DNA of 64,000 nucleotides, from contig CM059432.1 of NCBI GenBank assembly GCA_030390025.1, positions 151,406,001-151,470,000 on the forward strand. The letters are read 5' to 3'. A program made the position numbers and the translations under genes. Source of the stretch: Squalus acanthias. Lineage: Eukaryota. This document shows positions 25,651 through 36,874 of the stretch, piece after piece (position 1 is the stretch's first letter; every line of letters begins with the position of its first letter). The notes beneath the pieces were generated by a model, which worked only from the letters and a program-made list of their open reading frames with translations, made no database searches and had not been told where the DNA came from.

Positions 25651-26351
25651 ATGGAGAAAGGCGCGGAACCCGATTGGGGCCCGCCAGGATCCATGAGTCG
25701 GCTCTACGCCGAGGACCAAAAGGGTTTGATTAATAAAATGAGGAAAGATGGGTGGGATCCGTTAGGAAAACCCCTGGCGCAATGGAAGTGGTGGAGAAGC
25801 AGAAACAAAAGAAAACTAGAAAGGCAGGAGTAATTTTAACACATCAGTTAATAATGTTAACAGAAAAGATTACGACACAAACTAGTAAGATGGAAGAACA
25901 AGAAAAGAGAATAGCCAAATTAGAAAGTACAATAAAACGGATGGAATTGACAGATAGAGGAAACAGAAATGATGAGGACAAGAGGATTCAGGGGAGCTGT
26001 TATACTTGTGGAAAGGTGGGACATATGGCGAAGGATTGCAGGAGTGGAAAGAAAGAGGGATGTGACTATTGTGGTAAGCTAGGACACCAGAGTCACAACT
26101 GCTGGCAGAAGAAAGGAGAGGTGGACCAGACACAGGGCGCTTATCTGAGTCCGGAGAATAGAAGGGACTTTATGGAGTACCTCAAGTCAAAGGGGAAGAG
26201 TCAATTACGGGAGGTGGCCCCAGTAAAAGGAGGCTCGGATAACCGAGTCTACGTTACAGCATTATTAGGGGGCCAATCGTGTGAAATGCTAGTTGATACA
26301 GGAGCATCAGTATCTTTAACTGATTTGCCCCGTCCGACAAACCAAAGATAA
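25651..26351 (+). pseudogene. gag-protease remnant (coiled coil, two CCHC knuckles, aspartic protease)
   Basis: CYTCGKVGHMAKDC, CDYCGKLGHQSHNC and LVDTGASVS; frameshift near 25780; no room for a capsid domain. Confidence 0.9.
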
Positions 26352-27060
26352 AGAAGGAAAAGATCTAATTTGCAGGCTAACTAATCTGAAAACTCAGCTT
26401 AGACAAAAAAAAAGGATTTGGAAAGCCAGGAAAGCTGCTGAGACACCTATGTAAAAAGAAAAAAAAAGAGAAATTTTAAGTTTTACCGACATGGAAGTTA
26501 TTAATGTCTGTGCCGAGACAAATAAAACACAAGATTTGTTGAGTGAAAGGAATATTAAAAGGAATGCTGGGATCTAAGTTTGTGTGAAAGTGTGAGTTAA
26601 AGTGTGAGAGTATTCCTGACTGTGAATGTTTAAGGAGTTGCAGTATTTCTTTTGTCTGAAAAGTCTGTCTTTAAAAGGGAGTCTGTCATTTTTTTTGTTT
26701 GTTTTGGCTCCACCCACTCTTTTGTACAGAGAGCTAAAAGCTGTTTAACCCTTTGAAGACTTGTTTTGTTGTGTTAAGTTTGTTAATTGTTTTACAAAAA
26801 ATAAGCTTCAGCCTTGAAGTCACAGTTGCCAATGTGCCTGGAAGAAAAAATGAATTTGAATGTCTACAAGGCATGGGTAATTGTTTCTTTGTTAATGTGG
26901 CTATGGTTTCTTTATTTATCTTTGATACTGGTTAGTTTAAAAGAAAATTTTGATCTAGATTGAATTGGAGTTATTGAGGTTAATTAACCTATTAAAACCA
27001 GACTTTTATTGTGCACAGTGAAATTCTGGTTGGTGTAAATTTGTGTAGACCACATTGAAT

Positions 27061-27187
27061 AAGATATTAAATGGTCTGAAACCAGACTTTAAAATATTTA
27101 CAGTCTTGGATACAGAACGGATTCTGGTCCATACCATTGGCAGAGGAATCACAAGGTAAATTCGCCTTTACTGTCAGGGATAGACAG
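27061..27187 (+). pseudogene. Reverse-transcriptase fragment
   Basis: Manual translation: KIFTVLD(frameshift)NGFWSIPLAEESQGKFAFTVRDRQ, a retroviral-type LD..NGFW..P / FAFT motif. Confidence 0.85.
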
Positions 27188-28829
27188 GAATTTTATATCA
27201 GACTTTGCAGGGAAAGCAGAGCCGATTTAACAGTTAGTTAAAGAGGGATCCAGTAGCGAAGGCAATGCCACGATGTGTGGCTGCAATAAATTGTGCCACA
27301 AGAATTGAAAAAAAAACTTTGAACTACAATTTAAGTTAAGCTGGTGTGTAAAACTGAGAAGAACAAAAAGTTTGTTTAACAAAAGATTAAGTTTCGGTCT
27401 AAGATTTAACCTTGGAGTCGCGGTTGCTATGGTGAAATCTTCCAAAGCAGTTTGATTTGATTTGCTTAAATGTGAAAAACTAATTTTTCTCCAGTTATAT
27501 TCAATGTTTTTACAGTATTTTGGAAAGGCATCTGAAGAAAGGACAATAAGAAATATGATGTAATTTATGGTTTTCTACAAGCATGTACTAGTTTGTTTTG
27601 TTTTTTCTGTTCGTGTTCAGTTACGTGAAATGTCGCAATTGTGTGCGTCTGACAATGTTTCGCTCCGCCTTCTTAAAAAAAAACCTGCAAAGGAGTTAAC
27701 CCTTTCCACTGACAGCTGTTTAAGTTATAGAAATGAAAATGAACATTGACAAACCTGTCAGTTCAACAGTACTGCTGTTTGGATTTCGGGATAATTTTGA
27801 AATGACAAAATGAACTCAGGCACTATATATTGGGTTACTTTTGGGAAAATAAAAGATCCTCTAAAATAATGATAAATAAAAAGTGTTAATAACTTGGACC
27901 AAGTGAGAATGTTTGATCTATGTTTTCAATCTTAAATATTGTGCTGGACAGTAAAGTTCCTCCAGGGCTCATGAATGAGATATGAATGGTAATTAATAGG
28001 ATGTGTAAAATGGAGAAAGGAAGTGATTGAGGGTGAGATAGAAACAGGAGAATTACACCACCAATTGAGAATTTTCCAAACTTCTTAGTGAAAGTCAGGA
28101 AAGAGTAGCTAAGAATAGTAAATTGATAGCTTTCTCTTGGAGACATTTGTGTCCCTGCCGAAAATGAACTTTTTAAGGAAACTGAATTTGATAGCCTGGC
28201 CACTATCAAAGACATCGGGACCATGCAGAGGAAGATGAACAAAGACCTCCAGACAATCTTTTGATAAGATACCTGAAAGCCCGAGAAAGGCACATGTGGC
28301 ATGATGTGGAGATACCGATAGGAGTGTGCAAATGTGATTTGTTACTTGTGAGGCAGTTGCCATCCGGGAATGTATGTTGAATCTGCACTGAAGAACGGGT
28401 CTCAGACATGCTCAGTTACTTGATAACAACAAAACATGAAATGGTTAATGTGGTTCAGGAGAGCGAGACAACTTCTAAAGCATTGACACATACTCCGTCG
28501 AGAAACTATCTAATTAATGAAACAATCAGAATAGAGTTAAATACACTGGTACCTGTTAGAGGGATTGAAATTGAAGTTGAAGTGGAGGGTTACATGGAAT
28601 CTGGATTGGGACAATTGAGGGCTAAGGAGAAATCATGTTTAGTAAGAATTATCCACAAGATGGATATGAGTAAAAGAGAGATCTGGAGAATCTTTTAAGT
28701 CCATGATTTGTTGACTAGATGTTAAACTGTAATGTCGCTTGAAATGATTGTAAGACTGAATTTAACTGTGACTGTAATAATTGTGTTTTGTAGGTAACAG
28801 AGCGTGGGAAAAACCAGTGCGAATCCAGT

Positions 28830-29264
28830 ATGAGGTGGTTTTGGTGGTGCCTCCTGTGTCACCACTACCGCAATTACCATGCTTTATGGGTCTAACAGGA
28901 CCTGTCCCATCAACCAACACGTTTTTAAGTATGAGTTACACAATTATGTGGCACAATTCGGATACTCGGATACGACATTCCCCTGTTGTTTGAGGGTTTC
29001 AGTGAGCTCATGATGCGACTGAACTCCTCCCTAAAGCATTTTTATGTTTTGGAGGAAGACAACTCGAGAATAGATATTGAAATTGACAGCATAGAGGACA
29101 ACTCACACTGGTGGGATATTGAGCTTAATATATCAGCACACCCTTAGATTTGTATTATTTCACACGCTCTGGTAGTTCTCCAACTTGTAATGATAGTGTA
29201 TTTGATATATGTAACCTATGTAGTAAGATACATAAGCCAATTGGGTACTCATGCCTATGACTAA
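28830..29264 (+). pseudogene. Internally deleted env-like glycoprotein gene
   Basis: Splice acceptor at 28793, then MRWFWWCLLC, then CVTTT..C..., a heptad-like stretch, HWWD and a hydrophobic TM segment (IISHALVVLQLVMIVYLIYV) ending at TAA 29262-29264. Confidence 0.7.
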
Positions 29265-29424
29265 CCAGCACCAACAAATTAATTGAGCACACCGAAAGAG
29301 AAAATCCAAAGCAATGTAGAGGAGACCCCAGGCGGGGTAACATCAGGAAAGATAGAAGAAACAGAGGATACCCCAGGCGGGGCAGAATTGGAACACCGGA
29401 ACAATGAATTGAATTTGAATAAGG

Positions 29425-29532
29425 GGTCCCTGGGAAAAGATACAAATAGACTTTACGGGACCCCTACCAATCTCAAGGGGAAGGGTATACTGCCTAGTGG
29501 TAATAGATCAATTCACAAGATGGGTGGAAGCT
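29425..29532 (+). pseudogene. Integrase core fragment
   Basis: Manual translation: GPWEKIQIDFTGPLPISRGRVYCLVVIDQFTRWVEA (region around the first catalytic Asp of rve). Confidence 0.9.
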
Positions 29533-31070
29533 AGTGCCCTTGCTGTTGCCTGTCAGCCAGCCATTCCAGCCGACTGCAGCGCAAGCCTAGATGGTGCAGT
29601 CTGCAGCCAGGCCTTCTGGGCCCAGAGCTGTTCAAGGTCGCCCTCCAAGGCCATCTGTAGTCTTCTCCACTGAAAGTCAACAGTCTTCCGCCACCCATGT
29701 TGCAGCCACTGGGGAAGCACCTTGTGGGAACACTAGGATAGGCAAAAGCACACGGAAGAGGCACTAAGAGAATGTACAAGGGTGATTAGTTTATTTTTGT
29801 ATGCACTATGCTATGATTTAATTTATAATTTTGGCTCCCATTGTATGACTGCTGTGCAAGTGTCCATGGGTTGTGGACCAGAGTCACGAGCCATGTCGTC
29901 AGCGGATAGCCCTTGTCGCCCAGTAGCCACCCTTTGGTTTGCCGCGGTGGTTGAAATACAGGTGGCACAGCGGACTGCCGCAGAATGACGGCATTGTGAC
30001 TGCTGCCAGGATACCAGACATTGACCTGCATGATTCGCTGCCTATGGTCACACACCAGCTGCAGTGAGGGAGTGGGATCCCTTTGGGTTCAGGTTCATGT
30101 CAGAATTGACATGAGGCGCACGCAAAACAATGTGCGTGCAGTCAATGGCACCCTGCAATCCCTCGTGCTCAGTCTGCCTGCTTCTCTCTGGCAAAAGGAA
30201 ATGAGATGAAGCTGCCTCTCTTTGCATAGAGAGCCTCAGTGACCTGCCTTATGCAGCAGTGCACTGTAAAACTGAGATGTTGCTTGCATCTCCAGCAGCA
30301 GCTTGGAAGGAGCCAGATGCATAAAAGTTCACAGCCACTGGCAATGCTGTTCTTGCGCTGCTCGGAGGTTGGAGTTGTGGCTGCAGCAGTTGGCAGATTT
30401 CAGTGACGATCTCCTTATTAAAGTGCAGACGTCTCAAACACTGGTCGTAGCTGAGGTTCAGGTAGTAGAATTAGTCCCTGAACACCCTGGGTGCATATGG
30501 CCTTCTGCTGAGAGACCTTCTACCCCTCCTCCTCTCTCTTCTAGCAGCTTGTCCTGCTCTGCGTGGCCTCTGCTTATTCTCTCAGTCACGCTCAATGCCA
30601 AAAGGCCTATTGGTCCACCCATATCTGGGAGCAACTGGTCTGTGCACAAGCCTTTAAGTCACCAAAAAAGTACTTCAGCACCTGCCACACCACTCCCTGT
30701 AGACTACTGAAACTTTAACCAACTATAGAAAGCACCCAAAACATGTAGAATTGCAGGAACAGCCAGAATAAATAAACCAGCAACAAACCTGCAAGTAGTT
30801 GATGATCCCTTTAAATAGCGCTGGTGGGGGGTCCTTCCTGCTGCTTAACGTCGTGTTCAGCTGTGCGGGGTTAGGACATATGGTGGAGCTCCAAAATGGC
30901 AGAGCTGGCGTCAAATCAGTGTTTCACGCTGATCGATGTCATGCTGCCGGCGGACGGTAAGAGGTTTGCGCGTGCACACCTAACGAAGATGGCGTTCGGC
31001 GCACTTCTCGTCGAAGTGTGCACGTGCCCCACGGACGCCATGTTCGGTGCCTGAAGGGCCGAGTAGTGTG
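29533..31070 (-). mobile_element. Harbinger remnant (Myb-gene 3' end, transposase remnant and promoter arm)
   Basis: Minus-strand YPGSSHNAVIL and GWLLGDKGYPL; the arm at 30640-31070 is homologous to 3433-3950; terminus not clearly resolved. Confidence 0.85.
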
Positions 31071-31519
31071 CAGAAAATGGCTGCTACTGAGCCTACTTTC
31101 ACCTGCATCATATCTTCGACTAAACACTCTAAAGTGATGGGTGTTGCTGTGTAGCAACTTCTCCAGTTATGCTTTCAAACTGATCAGAGGCAGCCTTGGA
31201 GCAGAAATAATGAATGCAAGTTCTTTGAAGTGCGATGTGCCCGCGCCTGTTTATAGTGGTGCAGGCAGCATGCAGAATTCGTGCTGCCTGCTCATTTACA
31301 TGATTGCAGCGCTGATCTCAGCGCTAAATACGCTGCTGATTGGCTTGATGCTCAACGGGGGGCCAATATCAGGTGCAGTTTACTGGCCAAGATCTGGCCG
31401 AGGCTCTCTGCACTACTAAAAGGGGAGGTGCTTTGCTGCAGAAGCAGCTCATTGTCAATCTACACCAAGGGAAAGGGCTAGAAGAGTTTCTGATGTGGCA
31501 CTGGGGACCTTGGTCCTGG

Positions 31520-33950
31520 GGGTCCAAAGACGCCGTGAAGTCCTCTACCCGCAGGGGGGGGGGCAGGAGGCCTTCACGGCTTAACACAAGGAGGATCTGG
31601 GAGGAGATTGTTCAAGCGGTCACTGCGACAAGTGTTGTCCCCAGGTGCTGGATCGAGTGCCGCAAAATGTTTAATGACCTCACACGAGTGGTCATGGTGA
31701 GTGAATGCATCAAATGCCATAATCCCACTATCTGCACCATAAGCCTCACACACTGCTCAATGCACCACACCATCACTTACCTACCAACAATCTCTAGCTA
31801 TCACCACTCACACCTCACAATCATAGCTTCACTTCACCCTCTCACATTTACCACTGCTGCAAGGCACACATCCACATTTTACACCTTGCATACACTGCCA
31901 GCTAGTCAACCATGGCAGGCACATCACCTAAACACATTGCCCCACACGCACCGACACACTTCCCTTTCTCTTGCAGGCCAAGGTAGCGCACAACCGCCAG
32001 GAGCACCAGCCGATGGGTGGAGGGCACATCACAACGGAGAACCTCACGGACCTGGAGGAAGCGGTGCTCACAGTAATTGGAGGGGCAGTGACAGAGGCCG
32101 TGGCGAGTGGAAAGCATTGCTGACGATGACGGTATGGTCATAACTAAACCTTCTTCCCACATCCCACAACCTCTTCTCATTTTCAAGCTACTGATGCTGT
32201 ATGCATGGATATCTTGCTTTCCGCCGCCCTCCCCTCACCACAACCCGACTCTTGTGCATTTCTCCTTTCAGGATGAGTGAAGGGGGGAAAAATGGAATCG
32301 CAGCGCCCTGAAAAAATTAGCACCCCCACAGCCGTAATTGAGTGGTAGCGCCCCAAGAGGGAAGCGCCCCACCTCCCTCTTGGGCCACTGCAAGGGAATA
32401 TCGTGGTGCTACATGCCACAGCGTCACGCGCTGCGAGGGAACGTCGCGCCGCGGTATTGCAGGCCTTCCTCCCTTTCTTAAAGGGGAGGGGCCTTGTGCA
32501 GCGTGACCCGGGGCCCAGCTGGGCCACCAGGGATCGGAGTGCCAGCAAAAGAGCCCGGCACTCAAGAGAAGTGCCAAGCTCATGAAGCGCAGCCGGCACT
32601 CTGCGGGGGTGGGGGGGGGGGTTGCTCAGGAGGCCAGGGACGGCAGCGCAGGCAGGCGGCCAGCAAAAAAAATGGCCGCCCAACACCTCGCCTTTAAATA
32701 ACGCCACCCCGGCCGCAGGTAGGCCCCCCTGACCCTGTCGGACATAGCGTCCGGCGGTAAGTCAGGGGGCGCTCCCAAAGGTCGCGGCTGGGGCGCGAGC
32801 GGGGCGCTGCGCACAGCGATGACGTCATCGCTGATGGTGCAGCGCCGCGGGGCGCTAACGGTTACCGCTGCCAGTAACCTCCCGCTGAATTTCACGGGAG
32901 GCGTCGGTGGTGCTGCGCCCGGGCGCTAGTTGCTTTGCGCCCTCTTAGGGCGCTAACAGGAGGCGCAAAGCAACCGAATTTTTCCTCCAAGGAGACGAGG
33001 CATCACCACTCGATCTAACACTAGCAGACACCAGCTCAGAAAATGGCACTGCACGTACTTTAGAGGGTAGTATAGAGATGGGATCTGCACATAGTGAGTC
33101 ACGGGGTACGAGTGGGCTGCAGCCAGGCCAGGGGGAAAGGGTAGCTCGGGTGCCAGCTCCCCCGGAGGGAGAGTTTGCACACAGGTTCTGCTGCACAGGA
33201 CTCAGGTGATGACCTCGATGGGGCGGCCTTCAGAAGAAGGGTGATGGGCATGCACACCGAAATGCTTGGTGCAATGGCAGGCCTGACAGAGAGCCTCTTG
33301 TCAGTGTTAAGGAGCGTGGAGGAGTCCGGCTCCAACATTGCACGGGGTTTTGCGCAGAGCTTGGAGCCCAGGATGGAAATGATGGGCAACTCCATTAGAG
33401 AACTTGTGGACCCAAACATGATTCTGGGTGCGATGGGTGATCTCTTAGCTTCCATTGCAGTACAGGCGGAAGCTACCCAACCTCGGAGTGCTGCAGTGGA
33501 GCACAGACTGCTCTCCTGCAGTCTCAGCTTGCGTGGCATCATGGCTGGGTTTACAAGTGTGGAAAGGGGCTTGCAGGGTGTCACAGCAGTCCAGCAATTT
33601 GCTCCAACAGATGGCTAGGAATGTTAAGGCACCGCCCCAGGTAAATGGCAGTGGCTCCATGGAGCAAGAATATGCTGTCCTCTCAGGATGACAGTATCCC
33701 TACGCCCACCACTGCCACTCCGCCAGTGCCCTTGCTGCTGCCAGTCATCCAGCCAGCCTAGACTGCTGCTGCCCATGCAGAGGTGGTGCAGTCTACAGCC
33801 AGGCCTTCTTGGGCCAGAGCTGCTAGAGGTCATCTCCCCCACTGAAAGTCAGCAGTGTTCCACCAGCTATGCTGCAGCCACTGGGGGAGCACTTCGTAGC
33901 AGCACTAGAGTAGGAAAAGGCACAGGAAAGACAGACACTAACGGATTAGT
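31520..33950 (+). pseudogene. Harbinger Myb/SANT-like accessory gene, three exons, degraded
   Basis: IWEEIVQAVTATSVVPRCWIECRKMFNDL, donor GTGAGT at 31697; exon 31977-32131 reads AKVAHNRQE..MGGG..LTDLEE; third exon starts at 32272. Confidence 0.8.
32283..32988. mobile_element. Harbinger-type MITE inserted in the Myb gene
   Basis: TIRs GGGGGAAAAAT and ATTTTTCCTCC; TSD AAG (32280-32282, 32989-32991); one end is homologous to the MITE at 21901 in inverted orientation. Confidence 0.88.
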
Positions 33951-34186
33951 TGACTTTGTTCATTTGATAAATTTATAAATTGTTTGGATTGCGTGTTTTG
34001 TGGTGGCTCTCATTTCAGCTTTGTGCCCAGGAGGACGATGTGATGTTCCATGACAGAGGGATGGTAATATGGGAATGTGGTGAGCAACAGGGATCTGGGG
34101 TTTCATTCACTGGAACTGGAGGCCGATGAGGCGCTCACTGACAGCCCATCTGGAACGGGGATGTGCTGCCTGCCTCCTCCCTTCCT

Positions 34187-34625
34187 CGTGGCTCAGTTGG
34201 TAGCACCCTCACCTCTGAGTCAGAAGGCTGAGTTCAAGTCCCACTCCAGAGACGAACACAAAAATCTAGGCTGACACTTCACTGCAGGACTGAGGGAGTG
34301 CTGCACTGTCGGAGGTGCCGTCTTTCGGATGAGACGCTAAACCAAGTCTCCGTCTACACTCTCAGGTGGACATAAAAGATCCCATGGCACTATTTTGAAG
34401 AGCAGGGGGAGCTATCCCTGGTGTCCTGGCCAATATTTATCCCTCAATCAACATCACTAAAACAGATTATCTGCTCATTATAACATTGCTGTTTGTGGGA
34501 GCTTGTTGTGCGCAAATTGTCTGCCGCGTTTCCTACAACAGTGACCAAACTTCAAAATTGGCTGTAAAGCGCTTTCGGACGTCCGGTGGTCGTGAAAGGC
34601 GCTTTATAAATGCAAGTCTTTTCTT
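34187..34625 (+). mobile_element. SacSINE1/DeuSINE-type SINE
   Basis: Collinear with 58849-59313. Confidence 0.9.
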
Positions 34626-34629
34626 TTTT

Positions 34630-35640
34630 TTCCCCCCCTCCTCTCCTCCCCCCAAGGTGGTCCCAGAACCCATGGTGGCAAGGGCTGCACGTTCATGATG
34701 GCCAAGTTGTGGAGCATGCAGCAGACCACCACAGTATGGAACACCCACTCCGGCGAGTACTGGAGGACACCTCCCAAGCGGTCAAGGCAGCGGAACCATT
34801 GCATGACCACCCTGATGGTCTGCTCGATTATGTTTCTGGTGACGGCATGGCTGTCATTATATGAGTGCAAGCCATGAGTGGTGGGGTTGCGGAGGGGCGT
34901 CATCAGCCTGGTACAGAGCAGATAGCCCTAGTCTCCTAGCAGCCACCCTCTGGTTGACGTGGTGGCTGTAAGATTGCTGGCACACCAGACTGGTGCAGGA
35001 TGAAGGCATCATGACTGCTGCCAGGATAGCGGGCAATCACCATCATGATGTGCTGGGCGTGGTTGCACAACAACTGCACAATAAGTGGGTGGTAGCCTTT
35101 GCGGTTACAGAATATCTGAGGAATATTATGCGATGCCTGCAAATCCACGTGTGTGCAGTCGATGGCGCCCTGCACCATGGGGAAGCTCGCTATCCTGGCA
35201 AAGCCACATGCACGCTTGTCCGGCTTCCCTTCTCCTGGTGTAGAGAGCATCTGTGACCTCCCAGATGCAGCAATGGACAGCGAACTGGGAGATCTGAGCC
35301 ACATCTCCTGCTCCAGACTGGAAGGATCTGGTGGTGAAAAAAATTGAGGGCCACAGTGACCGAGGGCCACTGGGAGAGCTGTTGTGGCCCGGCTCGGAGG
35401 CTGCAGGTCAGGTTGCAGGAGATAAGAGTTCTGTGACCACCTCCTTGGCGAAGCGGAGCCTCCCAATACACTGCTCCTGGCTTAGGTGCAGGTAGGAGAC
35501 GTGCTCTCGGAAGATCCTAGGTAGATAAGGCCTCATGCTGAGAGCCCTCCTGCCCTTCCTCCTCTGCGAGCATCTTTTCCTCTTCATCGCTGCTTCCGCT
35601 CCATCTCCCCATCATACTAGAGCATGAGGGGGGACTGCAA
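34630..35640 (-). pseudogene. Harbinger transposase, frameshifted
   Basis: FPMVQGAIDCTHV, NRKGYHPLIVQLLCNH, YPGSSHDAFIL, RNIIEQTIRV and VVVCCMLHNLAI. Confidence 0.92.
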
Positions 35641-36205
35641 GTAGGCCCCCCCATGGAGCAAGTGGTGTGAGCAGAAGCCTTTAAATGAGAAGCAAGGCAT
35701 TCTACACTTGCAGGAACACTCCCTGTCACCTCAGCAACTTTAAATAATTTTAGAAAGCTCCAAACAGTTGTACAAGCTTAGTCAGACCCAGAAGAAATCA
35801 AAAAGCCAGTCAGCTGCAAGCTGTTGATCATCCCTTTAAATAGCGCTGCTGAGGGGTCCTTCATGCTGCTGAACGCTTGGTCAGCTGTTCGTGATTAGGA
35901 GAGCAGCAACGTCGAAAATGGCAGATGGTGCGTCAAATCTGCGTTGCACCCTCATTGACGTCACGATCTGCCTCTTCTAAATATCTGGAGTGCGGACATC
36001 GGCAGCACTACCGACCTCACCAAAATTGTGGCCACCGCAGGAAGCGAGCAGAAGCGTGGCGGCCGTCATTTTTTTAAGCAAAACCGGCCTCAACGGCTGG
36101 CACTGAACCTCCGAATTTCACAGCCATCAAGTCTGAGATTGTTGGACTCTTGGAAATGAAGGATTGTTACCTTCTAAAGTGTCGTGACTATTTGCTGTGA
36201 TTTTC

Positions 36206-36211
36206 TTTATT
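36206..36211 (-). promoter_or_regulatory. Candidate polyadenylation signal of PDCD6IP
   Basis: AATAAA on the minus strand about 500 nt after the stop, within AT-rich 3'UTR-like sequence. Confidence 0.45.
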
Positions 36212-36711
36212 CCATAAATGCTAAGGACACCAAGTTTCAGTTTTAATTTTTTAATGCAATTATAGCTTAATTTACCATAAGATTTACAAGGCCCTGATTA
36301 GACAAAAATAGGATATAGGAAACAACATAAACCAGATAAGGAAAAAGCAAATATGTAAAAGTAGCACTCAGAGACAGCCGCACATACACAATCTGCTTTA
36401 CATTTGTGCAGCATTTCAGCCCCACTCACCAAAACTGGATTAGAAAAAAAAAACTAGTTAACAAAAGATTTCTCTAAGGAGCAGTTTTATCATATACATT
36501 TTTGCAAAAAAGTTGAGATTTCAAATTTGCTAAATTATTCCTAGTGTTTGTTGTTCTGAAAAAAAGTTAAATGTAGTGCAATCTTAGGTTTTAACAGTAC
36601 AACTTAAATCAGCATTTACCTCAGATTAATATTTAAGAGTATGCAGTAGATAAAGTATTGAGGTAATTTAAAAATTAACCACAACATAGAATCTTATACA
36701 GGCAGTGCCAC

Positions 36712-36874
36712 TTATTGCTGGTAGTATTGCTGCGGAGGGTAAGGGTATCCTGGCTGCTGAGGTTGCTGTGCATTTTGGAAAGGTGGCTGTCCAGGAGGCT
36801 GGTACATGTATGGCATGTTGTACTGTCCGTAGGCATATTGGTTATAGGGCATGGCCATGGGCATTGGGTAGTAC
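36712..36874 (-). CDS. PDCD6IP: ALIX, last coding exon (YYPMPMAMPYNQYAYGQYNMPY...YYQQ*)
   Basis: Acceptor TTTTCAG; matches the ALIX C-terminus; stop TAA. Confidence 0.95.

Larger units (their letters stand above)
31200..36125. mobile_element. Near-complete two-gene Harbinger element (Myb/SANT-like gene on +, transposase on -), with nested MITE and SINE
   Basis: Two convergent gene remnants; right terminus CCGAATTTCACAGCC; left terminus approximate. Confidence 0.82.

Noticed and set aside
31373..32143. 256-aa ORF as a host MSANTD gene
   Set aside because: It reads through an intron (31697-31976) of a transposon Myb gene and lies inside a Harbinger element.
24414..36874. Functional link between the retro-element and neighbouring ALIX (a viral budding factor)
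   Set aside because: The element is defective, I see no YPXnL motif in the gag remnant, and proximity in a repeat-rich region is most simply coincidence.
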